Part shown: positions 1 through 11,549 of the stretch, piece by piece
Position numbering within the stretch: the stretch's first letter is position 1
How the letters are laid out: every line of letters starts with the position of its first letter
DNA from: Chrysomallon squamiferum
Taxonomy: Eukaryota > Animalia > Mollusca
DNA length: 64,000 bases
Direction: 5' to 3'
Assembly: GCA_012295275.1 (NCBI GenBank)
Contig: CM022673.1
Span: 1,054,001 to 1,118,000 of the forward strand
Notes under the pieces: model-generated
The model's input: only the letters and a program-made list of their open reading frames with translations
Database searches by the model: none
Told to the model about the DNA's origin: nothing
Position numbers and translations under genes: made by a program

Positions 1-40
<40 letters not shown>

Positions 41-611
41 TCTAAATAAGAAGCTGTCTTGTTTTGATATACTATGTAAATGACGAATTTTTTTTTAATT
101 AAAATTGAAAAAACATGGATAAAACCAATATAAAAAAACAAACAAAAAAAACAAACAAAAAAAATGCCATATATAACCTGATAATTTGAAAAATAATGGA
201 GATTTCATGTTACCAAAATTTCAGTGATTTTTGGCCTATTGTTTCAACCATTTATTGTGACAAATACTGTAATCGAAGTTCATTAAATTCTCATATCTTC
301 CTTAAAAACCAAGATAACTGAACATTTTAGGATGTCAAGGTTATTACACTACTTTAGCTAAAGTCATAGATAATTACTTATCTGTAGATATAATTATAAT
401 CAATTAATCTACTGAAGTAAAAGAAAAACTCATCAAATCAAATGGAATATAGTTTGTTTACTATCGTTTAGTATTTAATAGGCGGCTTTAGGTTACTGCT
501 ACTTTGGTTTGAAACATTTTGTTGATACGTGTATTTAACACAAATAAGTTTAAGTATCAGGTCATCACTATTTGAAAAGGTAGCAGGCCAATTGTGAAAC
601 TATTTTTCGTC

Positions 612-710
612 GGAAAATTATAAATACTGCTAGAACAGTAAAAGGGAAAATTATAAATACTGCTAGAACAGTAAAAGGGAAAATTATAAATACTGTTAGA
701 ACAGTAAAAG
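612..710. repeat. 33-bp minisatellite, 3 near-identical copies
   Basis: Unit GGAAAATTATAAATACTGCTAGAACAGTAAAAG repeated head-to-tail three times. Confidence 0.9.
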
Positions 711-2113
711 GAAAAATTCAGAAGTGAAACAATGGAGAAATAACTGACTAAAAATTATTATGATTTTTAAATAATTTTTTATTATTATTATTATTTTTTT
801 TTTTTAAAACGTTTAAAAACGTACGAACTACAACACTAATTTGTGTTCATCAACTGGATTCAAGCCCTAGCACGGACATTGTGTACTCGGGTAATGACCG
901 GAAGTAAGATTTTGTCGCGTACGTAAATAAACTAACGAATAAGTAAGACAATTAAATAAAATAAAATAAATATTTGAATAATATTAATTTACCATCAACA
1001 GTGAACAACAGTCCATTGTTTCCATGCACTAATGAGTGAAACAAATATCAACACGATATGGAGAAATATTTTTCTCGCAGACGTCATCACATATGTTCAG
1101 CCTCAAACAAGTCAAAAACAAGAAAAAAGTTCTTAGCTGAAAATCATAACCCTCCTTTTTAATTTAATTTTGTTTTAATTATTATTATTATTACTATTTA
1201 TTTATTTATTTATTTATTTATTACTTATGTTTTATTTTATTTTTTTAATTGTTATTAATTTTATATTCATTATAATAAATAATAGGGATCAAACAACGGT
1301 CCTAATATATCATTACAGTCTAAAACACAGGTGGAAAAGATTCTGAGAAATGTTTAAAATGGATTCCTTGTTATATTGTTATTCGTTTATAATAATAATT
1401 ATACTTAAAATTATTAACATATGTAAAAGACAAGTGCTATTTTGCATTATCTTTATTATGAAAATGTTTAGCATCCTTTGTGACACCCGTTCAAAGAGAG
1501 ATTTGTAGCTCAACAGTAGAGTTCCTCGAAGGTTATAAAGATTATCTTTGATTCATCCGACGGACTTCTTACGAACATCGCTACGTGCTACTGTTGCTTT
1601 TCTCATCCTTAAGGAATGAGGAATATAACTGAAACTTTGGTACCATTTGAAAACATTTTAACTTATAAGCATTTGCGAAGTTGATTGATTTGCGAGTTGC
1701 GGGGGAATTCACGAGCCACGTACTAAACTCCTTCTCTAACCTTGTTCTCGTTAGGTTACAGTCCCTACTGATTGAAAAATAATTGTCGAGATCTTCGAAA
1801 AAAACAAACAACAGTGAGACAGAGGAGAAACGCATCCTATTAGGAAGACGGACAAAGACTCGTGACATCCGATACTATGAAAATACGTTGATATTGCATT
1901 TAAAGTAAATAGATACCGCATTAATTTATTATTATTTTTATATTTTATTAAATCCTACAGAGACTATAAAATAAGATTCTAGCTTTGAATGAAAAAAACA
2001 AACAAAAAACAACATAAAATGATTATAAAAATAAAATTAAAAACAACAAAAAGTTCTTGCTCATCATTTTTTCCTTTCAGCCTTTAATTTCTGGTTACGC
2101 GTTTATTATTTTG

Positions 2114-2298
2114 TCAGCTGGAATTTCTTTTATTGTCCAACACTCTCGTCCAGGCAGCCATTAGTTCTTGGTAGCATTCGTATCGCGCCATTCCTTCGGG
2201 GCATAACATATTTCCTCCATTTTGTCTTGTCCTTCGCTCGAACGAGGCAGCTGATTCTAAATGAAAATAAGATATGATATTTTTCTCTCTCTTTTCTG

Positions 2299-2337
<39 letters not shown>

Positions 2338-2799
2338 TTCTTTTTTCAAATTGCTTAGTTCTTGTTGTTTTGGGGGGGGGTATTTTAATATTAGTGTTCT
2401 TATCTTAATTTCGTCAACAGTTCTTGAGAATAAGCCTCGGGTCATAACCGTCAAACTTACACAGAACGATATAAAAATGTTTGGGGTTTTAAGCAACAAT
2501 AACAAAAATATTCTTTTACAAAATTAAATTCTATTCCATCTTATTGTAATAAATAAACGGGACAGTGAAAAAAAAAAGTATCAGTGTTTCTACCCCTTTG
2601 CTGCGGAAAAACCGTCCACAAAAAACCCAAACAGCAACAAAGAATAGACAGACTCCTATTAGTTACTTTTACCATTGACTTCTGCACTGTTGGGATCTTT
2701 GAAGTAAGGCCACCAGTTGGGTCTCAAAATGATCGATTCGGTCACGTGAGGCAACGCCATCAGTAAAATCAAAACGGCAGCGAAGTGCCTTGGTGCCAT
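2114..2799 (-). CDS. Small secreted prepropeptide (neuropeptide/hormone-like precursor), 89 aa, 2 coding exons
   Basis: Coding exons 2799-2673 and 2256-2114, joined by a phase-1 intron (AAT G|GTAAAA ... TTTTCATTTAG|AA). Translation: MAPRHFAAVLILLMALPHVTES-IILRPNWWPYFKDPNSAEVNESAASFE-RRTR-QNGGNMLCPEGMARYECYQELMAAWTRVLDN-KR-NSS*. Hydrophobic signal peptide, basic cleavage sites, in-frame stop upstream of the ATG, AATAAA just after the stop. Confidence 0.75.
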
Positions 2800-3300
2800 T
2801 CCACAACTGTTATAAACGTATTGGTGTCGTTCTTACTGTTCTTCTTGTATATCTGCAAAAAAAGATGGCAGCTAAACTGAAGTCAGTAACAGTTTTAGAG
2901 GTGTACGCACAGAGAGCAACACCACAGTTTGTATGCGGTCGCTTTACATACTTCTAGGTGGCAGTAAATTTTCAATTACGACAGTTTTTCATTTATCAAC
3001 ACTTATTTTCATACATGACTGTCAGAGTATTCAAGACGAAAACAAAATGAATTTTGAAAATATTAACAACTTCTAACGACTTTGCCTGTCGGTTTTGACA
3101 TGCGTCCTTTTGACTAAAAATTTAGCTCTTAGCTTATTAGATCTTTGAGCCATTTGCAGTTTTAATAGCTTTTCCAGTCGCAAGGGATTTATTATCTCAA
3201 AACGTCACGAGTCTGTTGATGAATAATAAAATCAGGAGATAATCCTAGTAAACCTAGTAGTGCAAGATCTGTATTTTTCTGTTTCTTAAATTTACCATGT

Positions 3301-3333
<33 letters not shown>

Positions 3334-4850
3334 ACGCACAGACACACAAAAACAGAAGAAAAAAAAAAGCAAGATGCTTTTGGTAAACGGAGCCTTCGTG
3401 GTATATTTTGCATAAATGGAGGTCAAAATATTACTTTTTGACACAGGAATTATGTTAGTTTAAATACACAATTTTTAGTAATTTGAAAATTTTAATAAAT
3501 AAATGACGACAGAAATGCTGGTATGTTCTAAACAGAGGAGAGAAGAGACAAACTGAATCTAGACAACAGAGGTGATTGGTTTGTTTTTGGATGAGGAGCA
3601 AGAGTCTGTCTGTCTGTCTGTCTCTCGGTGTTAGTATGGATGTATATACGTAGTTTTCCAGTCTTCTTAAAACTAATTCTGTCTAGTCATTTTAAGCCTT
3701 TTTTTGTGTGTGTTTTCTTGGTATATTTTTTGCGAAACGGAAGTATTATTAAATCGAATTTTTGTTTTACTTTTGTACATATATGGATATAAACAAATAA
3801 ATTTCTAATAATTACCGATATTAGCTTTTTTGTTTATTTTCGTAAGCGAAGTTATCATCATCATCACTATTGTCATCATCAAAGTAATCAGTTGTTTGGT
3901 ACAAATAAGTAACTTTTACCTGCATATTGTCATACAGAACACTTACAAACACGTGTTAAATTTAGAAAGGAATGAAACAAATTTACGGTAGGGTACATGA
4001 TGGCGTTATTTCATAAGTGGATGTTGTTTATGAATTTATTTCAAGAGATATTTTCTTATGAAATTTGAATTTGACAGTTGCCTTTCAGAATACAAATCAC
4101 TATCCATTTACCTTCATTTCCTATCTTTCTGCTATAATGTTTTGTTGTTGTTGTTGTTGTATATATTTACGAATTTATTCGCTTATTTTCTTTTTGTCTG
4201 TAAATTAGTGGATTCAGTGAAAGCAATATTTTAAAATACAGACATAAATTTCTGAAGCAGATGCAGAGATAATAACAATTTAGTATTCAGAGGTTATAAC
4301 AGTAACAAATAAAATAAAAAAAAATAAAAATAATAATAACTGTATAACGTAAAAACAATAAAAAAATAAAATAAAGTTTTAAAAATTTAAAAAAAAAATG
4401 ATTAAAAATACATTATTTTCTTTTCTTTTATACTGTTTTGTTTTGTTATTTTCTATTTATTTATTTAATTATTTATTTATATATTTATATTTAATATTTT
4501 TTTATATTCTTTCCAGTATTATAATCTTTATTCAATAACGCGAAAACAAAATGACAAACTTTACTTAGTGTAACAGTTAAAAAAAAAAAAAAAAAATCGG
4601 TATGAACTTGAAAATTAATTATAAAGTTAAATTCTCACTTAAATAAGAAAAAAAAAAATAAATAAATAAAAATAATAATAATAATAAAAATAAAAATAAT
4701 GGTTTTCACTGAATAGTATTAGTTTTTGTAATTTACATATGACGGAAATATTTTTAATAAGTCGTTTTAACTTAGAAAAAAGTGGAAATTTAAATTCCTG
4801 TTTAATTGGAACTAGTGAAAAAAAAAAAAAAAATAAATAAAATAAAATAA

Positions 4851-4903
<53 letters not shown>

Positions 4904-4996
4904 CAACAACAATAACAATAAGGAACATTTTTTTAACTTCTGAAAATCAACAGAAAACTACGATTTGAAAACAAATTCAAAGATCAAGCGACCTAC

Positions 4997-5390
4997 CTTT
5001 TGCGGTGACTTCCCGTCTGGTACTGTCTCTAATTCACCCGTTGTATTGCAAAGGACGACTCTGACGACTTCTGCGTCTTTTATCAACGACGTCGTCAGTC
5101 TGAGGGTCTCGTGTTGCCGAGATCAAGTTCCAGCTGTTCATACGACCACCTTCATTGTTTGTGCGATATCGTCTCAAAATATTTGTGACCAGTATTGTTT
5201 TAAGTGTAATGCTTGCTCCCAAAAGACCAGGATTATAACTTTTATGAAGATATTTTGCTTTCAAACTGGAAGCCAAAGAGTCGGCTAATTGTTCCATAAG
5301 CGACGAAAACTTGTTGAAATGTGTGCCTAATGTCACTGAAATCACCGGGGATTTCGGATTTCCAGCGCGACGGAGGCGGTAAGCTTTTAG
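4997..5390 (-). other. Probable first (5' leader) exon of the prepropeptide gene
   Basis: GC-richer island ending in donor AAG|GTAGGT at 4997/4996. Matching acceptor TTTTTGCAG| opens the exon at 2852, ahead of the ATG. The 5' boundary is estimated from the TATA box. Confidence 0.5.
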
Positions 5391-5414
5391 ACAGATTGTT
5401 ACTTAGAGGGTGAA

Positions 5415-5421
5415 TTTTATA
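5415..5421 (-). promoter_or_regulatory. Candidate TATA box of the prepropeptide gene
   Basis: TATAAAA on the minus strand in CpG-containing context, just upstream of the putative first exon. Confidence 0.4.
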
Positions 5422-5760
5422 CCACAGCGTCGCGTTGCATATTTTGGCCATTACTGTTCACGACAAATACATTAATCAGAATTTTTTAAATTCACAAAAA
5501 TACTGAGACTGAAGTAAAATCGTCTAGAATTATAAATGAACCAATTAAAGGTGGTCTTCACTTTTGCAATAATCTAACTTTTAACACTATTCCTGAACAA
5601 AGATGATATCAGCTATCGTCTGACATCAACAGTATTCTGAATGACGAAATGTATTAATTACCACCTTAGTCGTACACTTTTCGTTACTTAAAAAAAAACA
5701 AAAAAAAAACACTTTCTCCTGAACTGTAAAGTCAAACATTTGGAGTCTGCTCATTCGAGT

Positions 5761-5896
<136 letters not shown>

Positions 5897-6419
5897 AATA
5901 GTAAGTAAAGGGTAGAGAGAAAGACAAAGAGACAGGGAGAGAGAGAATGGGAAAAATCAGTTCCATTAAAATTCAAATAGTTTATTAAAAAGTAATCTCT
6001 TCTGGCTAAAAGGATTATTGAGCGTTATTTGTCACTGTCTCAGTGACCTGACAAAAAATCAGCTTAAAAGAAAACATATACATAGCAGTAATATGGAAAT
6101 ATTAAATAATATACACATACATGCACACATATACAGATATATACATATAATGTATATATGTATATATAATCTATACATATATCTATTATCTAATCAATCT
6201 ATCTATTAAAAAATGTAATGACCATTTGGAGACTGGTATAATTCAAACAATTTGCAAACAGACATAATGAGAAATAATGACTGTAAAATACTCCAGTCAG
6301 ATAAATAAAATATTTGTGTTTATAATATTGTTTCTATTTTATTTTTGTTCCAGAACAAAATAGAATTAACCATGGACGATCAACTGGTAGATATTATAAA
6401 TAAGTCTCAACTTCATTGT

Positions 6420-6521
<102 letters not shown>

Positions 6522-6635
6522 GCAAAAACTATTCTCGTGCAAATATGGAAATACAGCAAGCCAACAAAAACATAAACAAATACATTTTAACAGAGGTTTA
6601 TTTCTGAAAAAAAACCCCTAAGCAAAACCAAAGAA

Positions 6636-6859
6636 TCATGGTTTTATTTCACAGATGAAGTAGTTCTTCACAGTGCAGACGACGTCTTCCCACTGGTAGT
6701 TGAGGATGCTGCTCATTCCCAGACAGTGTTGCAGTACGCGATGCGACTGTGGTCGACCTGGAGCCCAGTTGCGATACCTCATGTGATGATCACTTCTGTC
6801 AACCCATTTCCAGATGTTTTCAACTGCCAGGTCGCTGCCTCCCAGATAGTACGTGGCAT
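6636..6859 (-). CDS. Lectin exon 6 (C-type lectin domain C-half and stop)
   Basis: ATYYLGGSDLAVENIWKWVD...NWAPGRPQ...HCLGM...WEDVVCTVKNYFICEIKP*. Confidence 0.9.
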
Positions 6860-7240
6860 CTGTCAAACAGAATCAAATAATAAGTAAAAGTTAGAGTCTT
6901 GGACATTTAAAATAATAATAATAATAATAATAATATTAATATTAATAATAATAATAATAATAATAATAATCATAATAATCATAATAATAATAAATGTTTT
7001 ATGAAAGAATAAAAAGTAGATATAGTTTTCATTTGTGAATGATCATGATGATGATAATAAGATCAATAAAAAGGATTATAATGTAACACCAATAGCAATA
7101 AAATTACAATCTTCATCAGTAGTAGTAGTAGTAGTAGTAATAGCATTAGTAGCAGCAGTAGCAGCAGTAGTAGCAGTAGTAGTTTTACAAACAACGAGGT
7201 GACAGTGTGAGAGCTCTTGATGATAAAAAATGATACAAAC

Positions 7241-7337
7241 TTTTCCTAACGTGCCTGCTGAGATGACCACTCAAAAAGTTATTTTTAATTCTATTGTCCA
7301 CCACAGCCAGATCTCCGCCCAGCAATTTACAGTAATC
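7241..7337 (-). CDS. Lectin exon 5 (C-type lectin domain)
   Basis: DYCKLLGGDLAVVDNRIKNNFLSGHLSRHVRK; phase 0-1. Confidence 0.8.
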
Positions 7338-7421
7338 CTAAACATAACAGAAAGAGAAAAACATTTTAAACAAGCAGCTAGATAGTGTAACAATAACAAT
7401 TTAAAATAATAATAATAATAA

Positions 7422-7464
<43 letters not shown>

Positions 7465-8007
7465 TAATAACCTGTGCTTAAACTTCATGTTATGTAAACT
7501 TTAAGTCAAAACTGGATCGTAGCAGTAAATATGTAACGAAAATGATTTTACTGTTTCCTTTAATGTAATTAAAGGATAAAAAATATAAAAAAATAAAAAT
7601 AAATTCTATGGAACGCATGTAGCATATGTCTTCTGTTATTATATCACTGGACAGTCAGTATCTTTTAATATATACTAAAATATGTTTAACTCTAAAGCAT
7701 ATATAGATTCATCCATAACTGTCCAGCCATGCACTTTACAAAATGCTTAAAGTCATTTGGAAATTATAAATTATAACCCAACCTAATACTTTTATTCATA
7801 TTCACACACATTAATATCCCTGATAATTGTTAATACTGAAATGTTGGGATACTTCGATGAACAATCAGTAATTCATTCGAACTCCATGTCAGTCAAGTTT
7901 CAGAAATAATAATTTTGTTATCGTAATGTTTGTAAAAAAAAATAATAATAATAAATACAATTTTTTTTTTTTTTTTTTTTAAATATATAATTTTTTTAAA
8001 AAAATAC

Positions 8008-8087
8008 CCGAGCGTTGATCCACGAAGTAGTCTAGGTGGAAAACCAGAAGCAAGATTTCAGGTTTCTAGTAAATCCTTTCGGACAGC
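8008..8087 (-). CDS. Lectin exon 4 (start of C-type lectin domain, contains TAG)
   Basis: RCPKGFTRNLKSCFWFST*TTSWINAR; acceptor TTCCAG, donor GTATTT. Confidence 0.8.
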
Positions 8088-8481
8088 CTGGAATTAAAAA
8101 AGGAAATATTAACTCCGGTTATTTAATAATTTCATTACGATGGCAATATTACATTAAAATCATTTTGATCATTTGTGTAAAGTATATCTGGCTATATTCC
8201 TAAAGGGGGCGCTGCATAATACATTTAGTTTGGCGAAACGTTAGTCGAGGCCATTTTATAATCTCATTATCTGACAAGTCCGTCGAGTTGTCACTTGATA
8301 ATTTGAGGAATGCGGGGTCATTCTCTCGAATGAGTGTTACACTGGACAGGCCCTATAATCAGAATTTTTTACATTTACGTTTCTTTCAAAACATAGTTCA
8401 AATATAATTCGAATTACCGCAAAATGATGAGCTTTCTTTATAGATTAAAATTTAACTTAGAATAGAGATTTCATATCATAC

Positions 8482-8724
8482 GCTTGTTTTCCACTGGCGT
8501 CACTTTGACGTCGCAGAGTCCAATGTTGGTGCACGTCGCGGTAGTGGAATTTCTGTTGTTTGTGATTCTTAGAAACCTCCCCTTTACTGGCTCCTCGCAG
8601 CGAACCGCAATGGTGGAACTCACTGTAACAGTTCCGCTGTGCTGGTAACAGAAGTGAGACTTTGCGCTCGATTTCACACTCGGATCTTCGTCATACACAG
8701 TGATTAGGAAATCAAACAATTTTC
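8482..8724 (-). CDS. Lectin exon 3 (F-type lectin domain, C-half)
   Basis: GKLFDFLITV...FCYQHSG...VRCEEPVKGRFLRI...LCDVKVTPVENK; 243 nt, phase 1-1. Confidence 0.85.
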
Positions 8725-8824
8725 CTACGAATGTACAAATAGATATACGAATAAAGTTTTCGTCAGACAAAGTAATAAGGAAATTAAACGGTACGAATGT
8801 ACATATTACATAGTTGTTATTACA

Positions 8825-9170
8825 GATAATCTGGGAAATCGACAATTTTTCGAAACATTAAATTTTAATGCAATAACAACTTTATAATAGAATAATATAA
8901 TAATGTAAGAACAATTTACAAATATAAAAACAATGTAAACGAATGTCATTATGACTTATACAGTATACGTAAAGAAAAAATTTCAGAAAAATTGTAGGCT
9001 GATTGGGTGAAGTTTGCAACATTAGGATGGTTATGGCTGCAATTGTAAAATTTGTATCCATGATGAAAAGTGGTTTGAGAGGGTTACCGTGATCGCGTGG
9101 AACATGGCGGTCAATTCAAATTTGTATTTTATTATTAATTTGTTTTCACCTAGATTTCGTCCGTGAAATG
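8825..9170 (+). mobile_element. Diverged, end-truncated copy of the MITE at 22735-23161
   Basis: Shares colinear blocks TAATGTAAGAA, ATAAAAACAATGTAAAC, TTGGGTGAAGTTTG, TATGG.TGCA, TGATG.AAAGT and AATTCAAATT with 22860-23085. Confidence 0.6.
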
Positions 9171-9180
9171 TTTATTTTTA

Positions 9181-9243
<63 letters not shown>

Positions 9244-9263
9244 AATATAATAATATTTAATAC

Positions 9264-9488
9264 CATGATCTGCTGTGGATATGGTAATCGTTCCAAGTTC
9301 GTATGTTTTCTGAAGATCCACTTGCCACCAAGGCTGTTTCTTCCCAGAACATGCAGTAACAGCACAGAATACCCAGCTTGGTGTACTGTTTTCACCATCA
9401 ACCGCTAGGAAGGGGTACATAATATAATACGAGGACTTGTATGTACCACTTTGTTTAGCTGGCTTCCAGAGAGCTACGTTCTTGAGAA
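9264..9488 (-). CDS. Lectin exon 2 (F-type lectin domain, N-half)
   Basis: VLKNVALWKPAKQSGTY...LAVDG...PWWQVDLQKTYELGTITISTADH; 225 nt, phase 1-1; unusual AAG acceptor. Confidence 0.85.
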
Positions 9489-10045
9489 CTTCAGAAAATG
9501 AAAAAACAAAAAATTGATATTTATAATTAATATTATGACAAAAATAAGTTACAGAACAACCAGAAAGTTTCATTAAAACAACAAGTATTACTACAACATC
9601 GGTAATAATAATAATAATAATAACAACAACAACAATAATACTAGTAATAATAAGTAGAAGAAGAAGAAGAACAACAATAATAATAGTAATAATAAGTAGA
9701 AGAAGAACAGCAACACCAACAAGAAAAAGAAGATCCAGAAAAACAACAACAACAACAATTTTAAAAAGATAAAGAAATAATGATGATGACAGTAAATAAA
9801 TAAAAAATAAATAAACAAAAAAGAAAAAGAAGAACGGACTCTGGTTCAGTATCACAACTTTGGCCTCAAGTATGAAAATAAGTTAAGTGAAATATTTGAT
9901 TGTTTAGAATTTTCAAGATGGCCGACCAATCTTGAGATTTAGTTTATACTTCATTAAAAACAATATTAAATAATAATAGACTGTAAAAAAATTTATGAAA
10001 AGTATTAAAATATTTAAATAAATAAATAAAAACTTCTAAATCAAC

Positions 10046-10100
10046 CTGCTCCGCAGAAATGGACAGATAATAACAGTACCAGACCGAATTTCAAAAACAT
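10046..10100 (-). CDS. Lectin exon 1 (signal peptide)
   Basis: ATG at 10100, MFLKFGLVLLLSVHFCGA, donor CAG|GTTGAT, phase 1. Confidence 0.8.
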
Positions 10101-10140
10101 GTTTGAACCTGAAGTTGTCGTGGTTCGGAAATCGTCTCAT

Positions 10141-10147
10141 TTTTATA
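10141..10147 (-). promoter_or_regulatory. Candidate TATA box of the lectin gene
   Basis: TATAAAA on the minus strand about 40 bp upstream of the ATG at 10100; a duplicate lies at 10918-10924. Confidence 0.55.
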
Positions 10148-11549
10148 GGAATATGGTAACAAAATTAATTAGAATTAATTTTCGAGCTTTCACTTTTTGT
10201 TTGCAACAGATGTCAACATATCAGTTACTTCGATAAAAGTGTTTTGGTCAACGTGTTGATAACAGGATGTCATTGTAACATTTGTTATACCATAAAATTA
10301 ATAACAACAACAGCAACAACAACTATAATAATTTATTTATTTTACTTCATTTTATTTACTTATTTTTATTTATATTATGTTTCATATTATTAATTAATTA
10401 ATTAATTTAGTTAATTAGTTAGTTGGTTATTTGTTAGTCTAGAACAAACAAAAAAACAATCATTAAGTAATTGTGCTGGGCAATATGATTATAAAATGTA
10501 TAAAGAAATAAAAAATAATAATAATATACGTAAACTCACAAACCCCGCCAGATACCGCTGACAAAGCTTGAACGTATGGCACCCATTCGCCCGCACTCAA
10601 AAGGCGGACGACGTTACTGTTCGGTCATCAAGACAACATTAAAAAAAAGACTGCACACTAACCGATGGTAGTTATCGCTTCCCACGAAGCACGCCCGTTT
10701 TTTTTTTTTGTTTTTTTTGTCTTTCATCATTTTTGCGTGCACCTATTTTTTGTGGGAAAGCTGGCACTGACAAGTATGTAGATTACGATTTTGAACATTC
10801 TCTAACTTATGAACATACACAACATTAACATTCGGGAACGCACTGGCGCAGGAGAAACCCTGTCAGATGCCGCTAACAAGACTCGAACCCATTCGCGCGC
10901 TCTCCGAAGGCTCTCATTTTTATAGGAATATGGTAACAAAATTAATTAGTATTAATTTTCGTGCTTTCACTTTTTGTTTGCAACAGATGTCAAAATATCA
11001 GTTACTTTGATAAACGTGTTTTGATCAACGTGTTGATAACAGGATGTCATCGTAACATTTGTTATACCATAAAATTAATAACAACAACAGCAACAACAAG
11101 ATATAATAATTTATTTATTTATTTATTTTACTTTATTTTATTTACTTATTTTTATTTATATTATGTTTCATATTATTAATTCATTAATTAATTTAGTTAA
11201 TTAGTTAGTTGGTTATTTGTCAGTCTAGAACAAAAAAAAAAAAACAATCATTAAGTAATTGTGACGGGCAATATGATGATAAAATGAATAAAGAAATAAA
11301 AAATAATAATAATAAACGTAAACTCTATTGTGTTATTTTTTTATTATTTTTGTTTTTAGCTGGAAATTTTTATTTTTAATTGGAAAATCGTTCGTAACTA
11401 ATGCAGAAAGAAAGAAAGTAAGAAAAGAAAGAAAAGAATTCCATCTGTCACTAAAAGTTAATGTAAATACTGTCTAAGTAATATCTGATTGGTTAAGCCT
11501 GCGCAGTCTATATCCGGATGTTACTGAGCACCATTGTATCAGTTACAAA

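Larger units (their letters stand above)
6636..10100 (-). pseudogene. Secreted F-type lectin (fucolectin/FTP-like) + C-type lectin gene, 6 exons, with in-frame TAG (nonsense allele or young pseudogene)
   Basis: Exons 10100-10046, 9488-9264, 8724-8482, 8087-8008, 7337-7241 and 6859-6636 have compatible phases (924 nt, 308 codons). Signal peptide MFLKFGLVLLLSVHFCGA. FTP motifs NVALWKPAKQS, LAVDG, PWWQVDL, GRFLRI, LCDVKV. CTL motifs CPKGF..SCFWFS, W.NAR.YC...GGDLA, WKWVD, NWAPGRP, HCL, WEDVVC, FICE. TAG at 8032-8034. Confidence 0.8.

Noticed and set aside
612-710. 33-bp repeats as a CRISPR or coding repeat
   Set aside because: No spacers and no supported ORF; a simple minisatellite.
1581-1868. 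95-aa minus-strand ORF
   Set aside because: No recognisable domain or convincing splice sites; likely downstream or UTR sequence of the peptide gene.
5034-5036. TGA as selenocysteine linking the uORF to the prepropeptide
   Set aside because: A TAA follows in the same frame in exon 2, there is no redox motif, and I recognised no SECIS.
5242-5451. 69-aa ORF MAKICNATL...
   Set aside because: It starts upstream of the candidate TATA box and shows no recognisable homology.
9178-9855. 225-aa ORF as a multi-pass membrane protein
   Set aside because: The hydrophobic stretches are translated microsatellites; only 9264-9488 is a real exon.
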